Under the pieces are notes generated by a model. The model saw only the letters and a program-made list of their open reading frames with translations. It was not told the origin of the DNA and did not search any database. Shown one piece after another: positions 29,633-39,862 of a stretch of 64,000 nucleotides of DNA. The stretch spans positions 1,788-65,787 of the forward strand of contig JAZUBT010000035.1 of the NCBI GenBank assembly GCA_045638685.1, given 5' to 3'. Numbering within the stretch: position 1 is the stretch's first letter; each line of letters starts with the position of its first letter. The stretch comes from Eubacteriales bacterium (lineage in GTDB: Bacteria; Bacillota; Clostridia; Oscillospirales; CAG-272). The translations under genes and the position numbers were made by a program.

Positions 29633-29974
29633 ATGGATTTAATTCAGGCTTTTGCAAACGAGCAGATAAACGAGAACGCACCCGTCGTTAATATCGGTGA
29701 AACCGTTAAGGTTCACTGCAAGATTAAGGACGGAGCCAACGAAAGAATACAGATTTTCGAAGGCACTGTAATCGGTAAAAAGGGCGGCGGAGTTTCCGAG
29801 ACCTTTACCGTAAGAAAGATTTCTTACGGCGTAGGCGTTGAAAAGATATTCCCCGTACACTCCCCCAACATCGCAAAGGTTGAGGTAGTAAGAAAAGGTA
29901 AGGTCAGACGCGCAAAGCTTAACTATTTGCGTAACAGAGTCGGTAAGAGCTCTAAGGTTAAAGAACTTATATAA
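29633..29974 (+). CDS. rplS: 50S ribosomal protein L19
   Basis: [33 protein letters not shown]. Confidence 0.98.
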   Translation: MDLIQAFANEQINENAPVVNIGETVKVHCKIKDGANERIQIFEGTVIGKKGGGVSETFTVRKISYGVGVEKIFPVHSPNIAKVEVVRKGKVRRAKLNYLRNRVGKSSKVKELI

Positions 29975-29980
29975 CTTTTC

Positions 29981-30020
29981 AAAAATAAATGCCGTCCGTT
30001 ATGGGCGGCATTTATTTTTT
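29981..30020. terminator. Bidirectional intrinsic terminator
   Basis: AAAAATAAATGCCGTCC-gttat-GGGCGGCATTTATTTTT. Confidence 0.88.
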
Positions 30021-30190
30021 AGCTTGATATTAAAGCGCGGCGTATCGAAAGTGTTTAAGCCCTGCTTTCGTTATCCATAGTGTGAAAAATAAGACAGCGC
30101 TTCTTAATATGCGGAAAGCGTCGGCGTATTCAATGCGACCGCGAGCCGTTTTGTCTGCGGATTATATTGCCTTGTTATTAAAAAGCCTCG

Positions 30191-31342
30191 TTATCTTTCC
30201 GACCTTAAGATTTTTTCCACGTGATAGCAGAGTGAAAGCGCATCATTTTCGGTGTTAAACGCGCCGAGACTTACTCTTACCGCGCCGTCGCCCTCGGGAG
30301 TTGCAAATTTTTTGTGCGCAAGAGGAGAGCAGTGAAGCCCGGCTCTTACGCATATTCCGTACTCGTCTAAGCGCGCGGCAAACTTTTCCGAGGTAATGCC
30401 CTTTGCGGAAAAGAGCAGAAGCGTACCCGGTTTATTACCGTAAAGCTTTATCCCCTTAATATCCGAAAGTCGGTTTTGCATTAAAGAGCAAAGCCGTTTT
30501 TCTTTTTTCAGAAGCTCTCCGCGAGGAAAGCTGTTTATAAAATCTATGCCCTTTGAAAGTCCCGCTATCGAGACGAGAGGAAGCGTTCCCGCTTCAAGGC
30601 GGTCGGGTAGGAAATCCGGCATATAGGGGGATAGGGAGCGCACTCCGTTTCCACCCTCGGTAAAGGTGTCAGGCAGGTCGGTTTCAAAGCGTTTACCGTA
30701 AATAACAAACCCCGACCCCGGCGGGCCGTAAAGTCCCTTATGCCCCGGAGCGCACAGAAGATCAATAAAAGCGTCCTCTGTGTTTATCGGCAAAATCCCC
30801 GCGCTCTGTGATGCATCTACGAGAAAAATAAGTCCGTTTTCACGGCAGAAGCGTCCTATTTTTTCTATCGGGAGAGTGAAATTACAGACGTTGGAGTGAT
30901 GACAGGCGCAAATCATTCTTGTAGATGGTTTTATCCGTTTCCTTAGCTCCCGTATCTGCTCGTCTCCGTCCTCAAAGCTTTCGTAAATATCAAAACTTAT
31001 AAGTCCCTTTTCCGTAAGAGTGGCCACGGGACGCAGAACCGAGTTGTGCTCTATATCGGAGATAAGGACGTGATCCCCTCTCCGTAGGGTAGATTTTATT
31101 GCAAGATTTAAAGCCGCCGTGGCATTCAGTGTGAAAACGACACGCTCTGCCTCACCGCCGAAAAGCTCGGCTATCTTTTCACGACATCCGTAAACTGTAT
31201 TCGCCGCGGCAAGCGAAAGACGGTGAGAGGAACGCCCCGGGTTTCCGCATCCCGAGCGCAGTACGCTTGTAACCTCTGCGGTAACCGACGGAGGCTTTGG
31301 AAAGCTTGTAGCCGCATTGTCGAGATAAATTATGCGCTGCAT
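30191..31342 (-). CDS. Cysteine desulfurase-family PLP enzyme (aminotransferase class V)
   Basis: IYLDNAATS, EHNSV, DASQ, PGHKGL.GP.G.G, VRAGLHC.P. Confidence 0.9.
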   Translation of the reverse strand: MQRIIYLDNAATSFPKPPSVTAEVTSVLRSGCGNPGRSSHRLSLAAANTVYGCREKIAELFGGEAERVVFTLNATAALNLAIKSTLRRGDHVLISDIEHNSVLRPVATLTEKGLISFDIYESFEDGDEQIRELRKRIKPSTRMICACHHSNVCNFTLPIEKIGRFCRENGLIFLVDASQSAGILPINTEDAFIDLLCAPGHKGLYGPPGSGFVIYGKRFETDLPDTFTEGGNGVRSLSPYMPDFLPDRLEAGTLPLVSIAGLSKGIDFINSFPRGELLKKEKRLCSLMQNRLSDIKGIKLYGNKPGTLLLFSAKGITSEKFAARLDEYGICVRAGLHCSPLAHKKFATPEGDGAVRVSLGAFNTENDALSLCYHVEKILRSER

Positions 31343-31364
31343 AATAGTTTTTCAGCAGAAATGC

Positions 31365-31583
31365 TCAAAATCGGATTATTTTCACAATGCGGATTTTATT
31401 TTTATCAAGTATTTCCGCCGCAACGTCGGCATAGGAGGCGGAGACGGAAAGTCCGTACCCACACCCCTCCTCAAGGTGAGACGGCTTAACTACGACTGAA
31501 CGTATCCCGTTTTCGTAAAGCAGCTTTTTACCCTTCATTGCATGAGTAACCGAGCGTAGTACGATAGTGATTTCGGTATTCAT
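31365..31583 (-). CDS. DUF3343-like small protein (putative S/Se carrier partner)
   Basis: SVTHAMK.KKLL...GI, GCGYGL; adjacent to the desulfurase. Confidence 0.75.
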   Translation of the reverse strand: MNTEITIVLRSVTHAMKGKKLLYENGIRSVVVKPSHLEEGCGYGLSVSASYADVAAEILDKNKIRIVKIIRF

Positions 31584-31726
31584 TTTTGCTGTTTCCTTCC
31601 TTGTGGTTAATAGAGAAAACTTAAATTCTCTAATACATTATATGATAAAAACCGTTAAACGTACATTTTTGCAGTTCGACTACGGGTAATTTGCGTTTTG
31701 TTTTTTTAAAAAGCGGGGGACGGGGT

Positions 31727-32923
31727 TTAAATTATTCCGAAAAGAACAAGCGCTGCGCCTATCATGGTACATACCGCCGCCTGCGTAAGCTTGGCTTTTA
31801 AATAAGCCTTGGTGCTAAGTCCCATAGGGCAGGCAAAGGCGCAGTACTGCATATAAACCGAAAGTCCGCCAAACGCGGAAAAGGTAAAGGTTAGTATTTT
31901 AGCCGCCACGCTCCATAACGGAGACGGAAAAAGCGTAAGAGAATGCAGCGCCCCCACGCCGGAGCTTATCTCTGCAAACGCGCAGATGAAACTTACCGTA
32001 AGAGCGTTTGCGCCAACCGAAACAAGCGCCTCGGAGAGCGCTGACAGCATTACCTCGAAAAAGACCACAAAAGCTATGACCTTAAGCATTGAGAAGGCCG
32101 CCGCGGAAACTGCGTCGGAAAGTGCGCCCGAAAGTGAAAAATCCTTTTGAGCGCGCATGTTTGTACGGATTTCCGGCACATATCCCCCTGTCCTTCCTCT
32201 AAAACCGAAAAGCACCGCTCCCGTTATAACCGCGGAGAGCAGCTGTGATATGTAAAGCGACGCGCCAAACGTAACGCTTCCCCATATTCCCGCGCCGACG
32301 CCCGAAATCAGAAATCCAAGCCCCGCGTTATTGCTTATACCCGAAAGCTGCTCGGCGTCCTCTTTGCTTATATCCCCGGAAGCGTAAAGCGAAACAGCGG
32401 TTTTCGCGCCGACGGGGAAGCCGCAGAATGCTCCTAAGACAAACGCCGACGCCCCTTTTCCGTTAAGTCCGAATACTCTGTGAAAAATTTTACCGGTTAG
32501 CTTTTGCATAGCGTCCGGAAAGCCGGAATTAATTAAAAGCTCACCCGCAATCATAAATGGAAAAAGCGACGGGATAAGTGTTTTAAGACAGAGAGTAAGA
32601 GCGCTTTCAACTGCGGCAAAAGAGACACGGGGGTGCGTTAAAAGGTAGGAGACGAAGATAAAAACACCGCTCCATACCGCTACCTTAAACACGCTCGCCT
32701 TTCTTTTGTCAAACGTTAAAGCTTCTTTTCCGAATTTCCTTTCAAAAGGGCCTGAGCCGTGCGAGAAACGTGAGCCTTTTGTTTGTAGGGAAGGCTCTTT
32801 TCGGGGCAGGGAGCTTTTTTGTACGACGGGCGTCCTTTTCATTTGTAGGGGAAGGTTTTTTTCAAAGGCGCTTGTTTTTTCTAAGACAGGTGTCTTTTTT
32901 TCTGTCAACGTATTCAATGGCAT
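31727..32923 (-). CDS. YlbJ-like sporulation integral membrane protein (start uncertain)
   Basis: LIPSLFPFM, G.FCGFPVGAK, NNAG..F, EISSG, FGGLSV.MQ. Confidence 0.75.
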   Translation of the reverse strand: MPLNTLTEKKTPVLEKTSAFEKNLPLQMKRTPVVQKSSLPRKEPSLQTKGSRFSHGSGPFERKFGKEALTFDKRKASVFKVAVWSGVFIFVSYLLTHPRVSFAAVESALTLCLKTLIPSLFPFMIAGELLINSGFPDAMQKLTGKIFHRVFGLNGKGASAFVLGAFCGFPVGAKTAVSLYASGDISKEDAEQLSGISNNAGLGFLISGVGAGIWGSVTFGASLYISQLLSAVITGAVLFGFRGRTGGYVPEIRTNMRAQKDFSLSGALSDAVSAAAFSMLKVIAFVVFFEVMLSALSEALVSVGANALTVSFICAFAEISSGVGALHSLTLFPSPLWSVAAKILTFTFSAFGGLSVYMQYCAFACPMGLSTKAYLKAKLTQAAVCTMIGAALVLFGII

Positions 32924-33081
32924 TCCTCCGCATATAGTAGTTTAAAGCAGTATTTAATTTTATGTTTTCCGTTTTCATAAAATGCAAAACAGTATGCGGA
33001 GAATAAGCGTCTGAATAGGAATGCTTATATCAGCGTTTGGTAGATAGGTTTGCAGATAAAGAGAAAAAGGAGGGGCAGGGT

Positions 33082-33342
33082 ATGAAAAAACATAGAAATT
33101 TAAGCCGCGTAAAAAACGGTATAACAGGAAGTGAAAGCAGTGCGTTTTTGCGCTTTTCAAGAGAGATTACGGTGTGTGGGTGTAAAAAGGTACTGCATTA
33201 TGCTCCGGACACGGTAAGGCTTTTGCTTTCTGACGGCATAATGGAAATAAGCGGAGAGGGTATAACGGCCGCTACATATTTTGGTAGGGAGATAAAGCTT
33301 TCGGGGAAAATAGACCTGGTAAGGCTTATTGAATGTGAGTAA
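33082..33342 (+). CDS. YabP/YqfC family sporulation protein
   Basis: Small beta-rich protein ending GKI..V; strong AGGAGG RBS; directly upstream of yqfD-phoH. Confidence 0.7.
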   Translation: MKKHRNLSRVKNGITGSESSAFLRFSREITVCGCKKVLHYAPDTVRLLLSDGIMEISGEGITAATYFGREIKLSGKIDLVRLIECE

Positions 33343-33424
33343 ATATTAGGTGAAGCTGTATTTTCTGACAGCTTCGGTATGTAATTAGACTAAAAGCAAA
33401 GTCATTTAGGAAAGGTTTAGCGTT

Positions 33425-34621
33425 ATGAGCTTTTTAACTTCGTTGATAAGTTTTTTTGAAGGAAGAGTTAAAATCTACGCAGATGAAAAAAATAAGGATG
33501 CGCTCATCAGCTTCTTTGTTAATAACGGAATAAGAGCCACGGTATCGGCGGATAATGAAAAAGGAGGGATTTATACCGAAATTTCCCCCACTTTATTAAA
33601 AAAAATTGCTCCCGCTCTTGACAAATTAAATATTATGGTATATATTATTAATATATACGGTTTTAATAGACTACGCTCAAGATACGGTAAAAGATACGGC
33701 CTTTTGCTCGGGGCGCTTCTCTTTGTCGCGCTTTTGTGGGTGTCAACACTTTTCGTATGGAGGGTTGACGTTAGCGGAACCGAGCTTTTGTCAAAGGCTG
33801 AGGTTCGCGCGGAGCTTTCCGAGATGGGCGTTAAGGTTGGAGCTAAAATTTCAAAAATTAATCGCTCGGAGGTCTTAAATACCTTTTTAAAAGAGCACAC
33901 CGAGCTTTCGTGGGCGGCGCTTAATTTTAAGGGAACAACAGCAGTTCTTATTCTTAAAGAAACGGAAGAAAAGCCCGACGGTACTGAACCCGCTAAAAGC
34001 CGTCTTATGGTTGCCTCCGAAAGCGGTGTTATAAGGAGTGTAACGGTTTACGAGGGGGTGGCTACCGTCAAAGTCGGGACGGTGGTAAGCAAAGGCGACG
34101 TTCTTATTTCCGGTCTTATTTCGGGAAGCGGAGGACAGATAACAGACACCCCGCCGCTTAGGGTAACGAACGCCGTAGGCTCGGTAAAAGCCGAGGTGGT
34201 AAAGAATGTTGAGGTAAGTATTCCCTTTGCCGAGGAGCTTTCACGAACAGAAAAAAGTGAAAAAAAGGTTAGGGTTATATCGGTTTTCGGACGTGATTTT
34301 TCCTTCGGCAGTACCGAGGGAACGGTTTTGGAGGACGAAAGAAATATTACCTTTTTCGGGGTTGTCGAAATACCTGTTACCGTGAAAACCTTTTCGCAGG
34401 AGAGGGCGGTAACGGATACCGTTTCAAGGGACGGGGAGACCGCAAGGCTTGAGGCAGAAAGGCAGCTCTACAAAAAAATAGCGGAAGCGCTCGGAGAAGG
34501 CGAGCTTACCTACGTGAAAACCGAGTACGCCGAAACGGAGAGCGGGATTATCGGATATGCGGAAATAGGCTGCGTTATAGAAATAGCCGTACCGCACGAG
34601 GGACTTTTGAAATCGAAATAA
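33425..34621 (+). CDS. yqfD: Sporulation protein YqfD
   Basis: TM then FVWRVDVSG, LSWAALNFKGT, GVI..V.V..G...VK.G..V.KGDVLISG; synteny. Confidence 0.85.
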   Translation: MSFLTSLISFFEGRVKIYADEKNKDALISFFVNNGIRATVSADNEKGGIYTEISPTLLKKIAPALDKLNIMVYIINIYGFNRLRSRYGKRYGLLLGALLFVALLWVSTLFVWRVDVSGTELLSKAEVRAELSEMGVKVGAKISKINRSEVLNTFLKEHTELSWAALNFKGTTAVLILKETEEKPDGTEPAKSRLMVASESGVIRSVTVYEGVATVKVGTVVSKGDVLISGLISGSGGQITDTPPLRVTNAVGSVKAEVVKNVEVSIPFAEELSRTEKSEKKVRVISVFGRDFSFGSTEGTVLEDERNITFFGVVEIPVTVKTFSQERAVTDTVSRDGETARLEAERQLYKKIAEALGEGELTYVKTEYAETESGIIGYAEIGCVIEIAVPHEGLLKSK

Positions 34622-34750
34622 GTCGGCGGAAAAAAGCATTTCTTTAAAAGCAGTCCGGAGTCAGAACAGCAAAGACGGACATAACAAAACACAGAAAATT
34701 CGTTTAAAATTTTATCTAGCTATCCCTTGGGTAGCGGAATGCGAGTGAAA

Positions 34751-35749
34751 ATGGCGGAAAGAAAAATTCAAATGGAAAGCACCGAAAACATAAACGCGCT
34801 TTTCGGTCCTCTTGATGAAAACGTAAGAATGATTGAAAAGAAGTTTTCGGCAGACTGCGTTAACCGCGAAAGCGAATACGGTAACAGCATAATTATAACG
34901 GCTGATACCGAAGAAAACGCTTCCGGCGCGGCAAAGGCGCTTAAAATTTTAATGAAAACCGCAAGGCTTCAAGGCTCCCTTTCACTTCAAACCGTGGAGT
35001 ACGTAGCGGATACCGTCCTTGAGGGAAAGGACGAGGAGCTGCTCGGATACGACGAGGACTGCGTATGCGTAACGGTTAAGGGAAAACCGATTAAACCCAA
35101 AACTCACGGTCAGCAGAAATACGTGCGTCTCATAAAGAAAAACACAATAGTTTTCGGAATAGGCCCTGCGGGAACGGGAAAGACCTTTCTTGCGGTTGCT
35201 ATGGCGGTAACCGCGCTCCGTTCAAAGGAGGTGTCGAGAATAATACTTACCCGTCCTGCGGTTGAAGCGGGAGAAAAGCTCGGATACCTGCCGGGAGACC
35301 TTCAGAATAAAATCGATCCGTATCTCCGTCCGCTTTACGACGCGCTTTTTGAAATGCTTGGTCCCGAGGTGTACGCAAGACACCTTGAACGCGGAACGAT
35401 AGAGATAGCGCCGCTCGCATATATGAGAGGAAGAACGCTTGATGACGCGTTTATAATCGTTGACGAGGCACAGAATACTACGCGTGAGCAGATGAAAATG
35501 CTTCTTACCAGACTCGGTACACATTCAAAGATAGTGGTAACGGGAGATATAACACAGATAGACCTTCCGCGCGGAGCGGGAAGCGGTCTTATCGAGGCGT
35601 CCGAAATACTTTCGGATATAGACGATATTGCCATTCACAGATTTACCGAAAAGGACGTTGTAAGACATAGGCTTGTAAAGGAAATTATAGCAGCTTACGA
35701 GAAAAAGGAAGAAAAAAAGAAAGGAGCGGACGAAAAGGGAAATGAATAA
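34751..35749 (+). CDS. phoH: PhoH family ATPase
   Basis: GPAGTGKT, RPAVEAGEKLGYLPG, RGRTL, DEAQN, GDITQIDL. Confidence 0.95.
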   Translation: MAERKIQMESTENINALFGPLDENVRMIEKKFSADCVNRESEYGNSIIITADTEENASGAAKALKILMKTARLQGSLSLQTVEYVADTVLEGKDEELLGYDEDCVCVTVKGKPIKPKTHGQQKYVRLIKKNTIVFGIGPAGTGKTFLAVAMAVTALRSKEVSRIILTRPAVEAGEKLGYLPGDLQNKIDPYLRPLYDALFEMLGPEVYARHLERGTIEIAPLAYMRGRTLDDAFIIVDEAQNTTREQMKMLLTRLGTHSKIVVTGDITQIDLPRGAGSGLIEASEILSDIDDIAIHRFTEKDVVRHRLVKEIIAAYEKKEEKKKGADEKGNE

Positions 35750-36221
35750 AGTTTATATTACTGACAGTCAGGAAAAGGTAGCGGTAACGAGAGCGCTTGC
35801 GGGGCTTGTGCGCCGCGCGGTCGGACAGACTCTTAAATATGAAAGAGTGCCGTTTTCGGCAGAGCTTTCGGTTACCTTCGTTGATAACGACGATATTAAA
35901 AAGCTTAACGCGGAGTACAGAAGCATCGACAGAGAGACCGACGTGCTTTCCTTCCCGCTTTACGAGTCGGGAGAGATAGCCTTGAACGACGGGAAAAGAG
36001 CGGTGCTCGGAGACATAGTTATATCGCTTGAAAAGGCGGTATCTCAGGCAGCGGAATACGGACATTCCCTCGAAAGAGAGGTAGCATTCCTTACCGTGCA
36101 TTCGGTTCTTCATCTGCTCGGATACGATCACGAAACGGGACAAGAGGACGAAGAGGAGATGTTCTCTGTGCAGGAAGAAATACTTAAAAAAATGAAGCTT
36201 GGCAGAGCGGAAAACGAGTAG
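35742..36221 (+). CDS. ybeY: rRNA maturation RNase YbeY
   Basis: TDVLSFP, LGDIVIS, HSVLHLLGYDH. Confidence 0.95.
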   Translation: MNKVYITDSQEKVAVTRALAGLVRRAVGQTLKYERVPFSAELSVTFVDNDDIKKLNAEYRSIDRETDVLSFPLYESGEIALNDGKRAVLGDIVISLEKAVSQAAEYGHSLEREVAFLTVHSVLHLLGYDHETGQEDEEEMFSVQEEILKKMKLGRAENE

Positions 36222-36266
36222 GTCTCCGTTAAGACAGGCAGGAATAAAAAAGAAGTAGGACAGAAA

Positions 36267-37160
36267 ATGAAAAAAACCGGTTTTATTGCGATAGTGGGTA
36301 GGCCGAACGTCGGCAAATCCACGCTTCTAAACGCTCTCGTCGGTGAAAAGCTGGCTATTGTATCGAAAAAGCCGCAGACCACGAGAAACAAGATAACGGG
36401 AATACTTACTAAGGACGAGACACAGTACGTATTTATGGATACTCCAGGTATGCATACGCCGAAAACAAAGCTCGGAGACAGAATGGTATGGGAGACAAAC
36501 AGTGTCTTTTCCGGAGTTGACGCCGTTATACTCATAGTCGAGCCGATAGCAAGCTGCGGAGATATTGAGCGCGGTCTTATCGAAAAGATAAAGGGTAACG
36601 GGCTTCCGTCAATTCTCGTTATTAATAAAATTGACAGAACGAATCCGGAAGCGATAGGCGACACGATAAAGGCTTACGCCGACATACACGATTTTGATGC
36701 CGTCGTTCCGATTTCAGCGATTAAAAGCAAGGGCGTTGACGTTCTTCTTTCCGAGGTGGACAAGTTTATAACGGAGGGGGAGTGGTTCTTCCCCGAGGAC
36801 GCGATAACCGATCAGCCGGAGCGCGTTATAGTTGCCGAAACTATAAGAGAAAAGCTGCTCCGAACCTTGGAGGAGGAGGTGCCGCACGGTACCGCGGTCG
36901 TTATAGAGGAATTTAAGGAAGATGGCCGACTCCTCAGAATACGCGCCGAGATATTCTGCGAAAAAGCGACTCATAAGAGTATAATAATCGGTAAAAACGG
37001 GGCCACCTTGAAGCTGATAGGAAGCCGCGCGAGAGAGGATATAGAAAATTTCTTCGGAATAAAGGTCTTTCTTGATCTTTGGGTTAAGGTTAAGGAGAAC
37101 TGGCGTAACAGCGACGTTCTTTTAAATAACTTTGGCTTTAACAGTATGGACGGGGACTAA
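36267..37160 (+). CDS. era: GTPase Era
   Basis: GRPNVGKS, PQTTR, DTPG, NKID, KH domain IIIGKNG. Confidence 0.96.
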   Translation: MKKTGFIAIVGRPNVGKSTLLNALVGEKLAIVSKKPQTTRNKITGILTKDETQYVFMDTPGMHTPKTKLGDRMVWETNSVFSGVDAVILIVEPIASCGDIERGLIEKIKGNGLPSILVINKIDRTNPEAIGDTIKAYADIHDFDAVVPISAIKSKGVDVLLSEVDKFITEGEWFFPEDAITDQPERVIVAETIREKLLRTLEEEVPHGTAVVIEEFKEDGRLLRIRAEIFCEKATHKSIIIGKNGATLKLIGSRAREDIENFFGIKVFLDLWVKVKENWRNSDVLLNNFGFNSMDGD

Positions 37161-37180
37161 TAAAAATCCGGTGAAAATTT

Positions 37181-37966
37181 ATGCTATCAAATTTTAAAGG
37201 TCTTGTTCTGTCGGACGTTTCGTGGGGCGAAAACGATAAGATGCTCTCGGTGCTTACGGCGGAGTACGGAAAAATATCGGTGCTTTTAAAGGGAGGAAAC
37301 AGCCTTAAGAACAAGGCTGCGGGAGCCTCTATGCCGCTTTGCTACAGCGAGTTTATTACTGCTGACAGAGGTGGTCGTCCTTGGATACGCGAGGCAAGAG
37401 AGCTTGAAGGCTTTACGAGCATCAGAGGAAGTCTTGAGGATACGGCGACGGCTCTTTATATCTGCGAGGTGGCTGCCGAGGTCTGCGTTGAAAACGGAGA
37501 CGAAAGCGAGATGCTTCAGCTCGTTCTTAATACTCTTTACGCGCTTGATAGGGCGTTAAAGCCGAGAGAAATCATAAAGGCGGCGTTTGAGCTGCGCGCG
37601 GCGGCGGTTTGCGGATTTACTCCCGACCTTGTCAGCTGCTCGGAATGCGGAAGGGACGAGAGTGAGCTTATGTATCTTGACGTTATGGACGGTGTTATGC
37701 ACTGCGCCGAATGTCATAGAAAGCATAATGCTGCGACAGAGGTCAGAGAGGGGCATACCATGCTTCTGATGCTGTTGGACAGAGAGCTGCTTGACGCTAT
37801 GAGATACGTTTCCTATTCAAACGCGAAAAAATATCTCTCCTTTGACCTTAGTCCGGAGAGGTATCGCGTTTTTTCGGAATACTGCGAAAAATATCTTGTC
37901 AACCATATTGATAAGGAGTTTCGCACACTTTCGTTTTTAAAATCGTTAAGGCATCTGCCTAAATGA
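37181..37966 (+). CDS. recO: DNA repair protein RecO
   Basis: GENDK.L..LT.E.GKI, Zn finger CSEC...CAEC; follows era. Confidence 0.9.
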   Translation: MLSNFKGLVLSDVSWGENDKMLSVLTAEYGKISVLLKGGNSLKNKAAGASMPLCYSEFITADRGGRPWIREARELEGFTSIRGSLEDTATALYICEVAAEVCVENGDESEMLQLVLNTLYALDRALKPREIIKAAFELRAAAVCGFTPDLVSCSECGRDESELMYLDVMDGVMHCAECHRKHNAATEVREGHTMLLMLLDRELLDAMRYVSYSNAKKYLSFDLSPERYRVFSEYCEKYLVNHIDKEFRTLSFLKSLRHLPK

Positions 37967-38093
37967 GAGAGTTAAATGTTAAAAATACCAAAAAGGTCGG
38001 GTGGGAAAAGACCGGACGCTGTAGATTTTAAGCGCTCCCGTACCGCCGGTTAAATGAATTAAGGAGAAAAACACAGAAAGGTTTAAAGATAAA

Positions 38094-39587
38094 ATGAACT
38101 ACATAAGCACAAGAGGATACGGAGTTAAAGAAGGAGAGCCTACCACCGCGGCGGGCGCGATAAAGCAGGGACTTGCGCCCGATGGCGGACTTTTTATGCC
38201 GGAGACTATTCCGAGCCTTGAGGAGGGCGAGATTTCAAGACTTGCAAAAATGAGCTATCCCGAGAGAGCGGCAAGCGTTCTTTCAAGGTTTTTAACCGAC
38301 TATACCTACGAGGAGCTTCTTTCCGACTGCTCCGAGGCGTACAGTGAGACTCGCTTCCCCGGTGGAGCGGCACCTGTCTCTGCGCTCGGAAGCAAGATGA
38401 GAATTTTAGAGCTTTGGCACGGTCCTACGGCGGCGTTTAAGGATATGGGGCTACAGATTATGGCGAGACTTTTCGTAAGATCGTTAAAAAAGACGGGAGA
38501 AAAGAGAACCGCCCTTATTCTCGTTGCGACGTCGGGAGATACGGGAAAGGCGGCGCTCGAAGGGTATAAGGACGTTGACGGAGTTAAGATAGCGGTATTC
38601 TATCCGGTTGACGGAGTAAGCCGCGTGCAGAAGCTCCAGATGGCTACGCAGGAGGGCGGAAACGTAGATGTTTTTGCCGTTAAGGGTAACTTTGTCGATG
38701 CGCAGAACGGCGTTAAAAGGATCTTCTCTGACGTCGAAATGAAAAAGGCGCTTGATGAAAAGGGTTATTTCTTCTCGTCCGCCAACTCCATAAACTGGGG
38801 AAGACTTGTTCCGCAGATAGTTTATTACATTTCCGCGTACTGCGACCTCGTTGCGAGCGGAGATATTAAGCTCGGTGAAAAAATCGACGTCTGCGTTCCT
38901 ACGGGTAACTTCGGCAACATTTTTGCAGCGTATATAGCTAAGAAAATGGGCCTTCCGGTCGGTAAATTCGTCTGCGCGTCAAACAAAAATAATATCCTCA
39001 CCGATTTCCTTAGCACCGGTGTTTACGACAGAAACCGCGCGTTCCATACGACGATGTCTCCTTCGATGGATATACTTATTTCCTCTAACCTTGAGCGTTT
39101 GCTTTATCTTGTTGCCGGCAGCGAGGCCACGGCAAACTATATGAAGGAGCTGAATACTACCGGTAAATATAAGGTAAGCGACGAAATTTTAGCAAAGATT
39201 AAGAGTGAATTTGCCGGCTACTGCTGCGACGAGGAAGGAACGGCAAAGACGATTAAGGAGCTTTATGAGGGATATAACTATCTCTCCGACACTCACTCCG
39301 CGGTAGGAATAAGCTGTGCCTCTCAGTACCTTGATGCGGCAGGCGAAAACGCATCTGCGCGTATCGTCATCGCATCAACTGCAAGTCCGTACAAATTTGC
39401 GTCCTCTGTTTACGAGGCTCTTGAAAGCAAGGCGGCTCCCGAAGGAACGGCGGCGCTTGACGCACTTTCCGCTCTTACCGATGTGCCGATTACCGCACCT
39501 CTTGCGGGACTTGACAAAAAGGCTGTTCGCTTTACGAGAGTTATCGAAAGCGATGAAATGCCGAAGGCTTCTATCGAAATTCTTTAA
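38094..39587 (+). CDS. thrC: Threonine synthase
   Basis: YISTRG, GLAPDGGL, LELWHGPT.AFKD, ATSGDTG, SANSINWGR, VPTGNFGN. Confidence 0.95.
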   Translation: MNYISTRGYGVKEGEPTTAAGAIKQGLAPDGGLFMPETIPSLEEGEISRLAKMSYPERAASVLSRFLTDYTYEELLSDCSEAYSETRFPGGAAPVSALGSKMRILELWHGPTAAFKDMGLQIMARLFVRSLKKTGEKRTALILVATSGDTGKAALEGYKDVDGVKIAVFYPVDGVSRVQKLQMATQEGGNVDVFAVKGNFVDAQNGVKRIFSDVEMKKALDEKGYFFSSANSINWGRLVPQIVYYISAYCDLVASGDIKLGEKIDVCVPTGNFGNIFAAYIAKKMGLPVGKFVCASNKNNILTDFLSTGVYDRNRAFHTTMSPSMDILISSNLERLLYLVAGSEATANYMKELNTTGKYKVSDEILAKIKSEFAGYCCDEEGTAKTIKELYEGYNYLSDTHSAVGISCASQYLDAAGENASARIVIASTASPYKFASSVYEALESKAAPEGTAALDALSALTDVPITAPLAGLDKKAVRFTRVIESDEMPKASIEIL

Positions 39588-39679
39588 GCCTTTGGACGGT
39601 GCGACGCTTTGTAAAAGCGGCAAAAAAACGGAGAAGCAGAACAGCTGAATTCAACGGCCGCATATAATCGCTGAATGTG

Positions 39680-39862
39680 TTAGTTAAATTTAACGCGAGG
39701 CTTAAATGTTGCGCACACGGTATCACTGCAGCAGCTTGCTTCTATCGGACCTATTGAAATTTGCTTTGCCGTGCAGTGTCCTATTCCGTCGTGGTACTCA
39801 CAGTAAACGACGTCGCATACAACGTTTTTAATGGGCTTTTGCTGTTTTTTTCCGTTATCCAT
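39680..39862 (-). CDS. DUF1540-like small Cys-rich protein
   Basis: V.C.V..C.YH....C.A..I......T.C.TF pattern; AGGAG RBS. Confidence 0.78.
   Translation of the reverse strand: MDNGKKQQKPIKNVVCDVVYCEYHDGIGHCTAKQISIGPIEASCCSDTVCATFKPRVKFN

Noticed and set aside
30025-30190. Weak long-range pairing (ATATTAAAGCGC / GCGCTTCTTAATAT) in the rplS-desulfurase intergenic region
   Set aside because: Single imperfect stem with no supporting helices or promoter; not enough to call an ncRNA.
38445-38470. ThrC FKDMGLQIMA and later DTHSAV as anomalous substitutions
   Set aside because: These positions vary among threonine synthases (E. coli-type enzymes have G and A here); not diagnostic.
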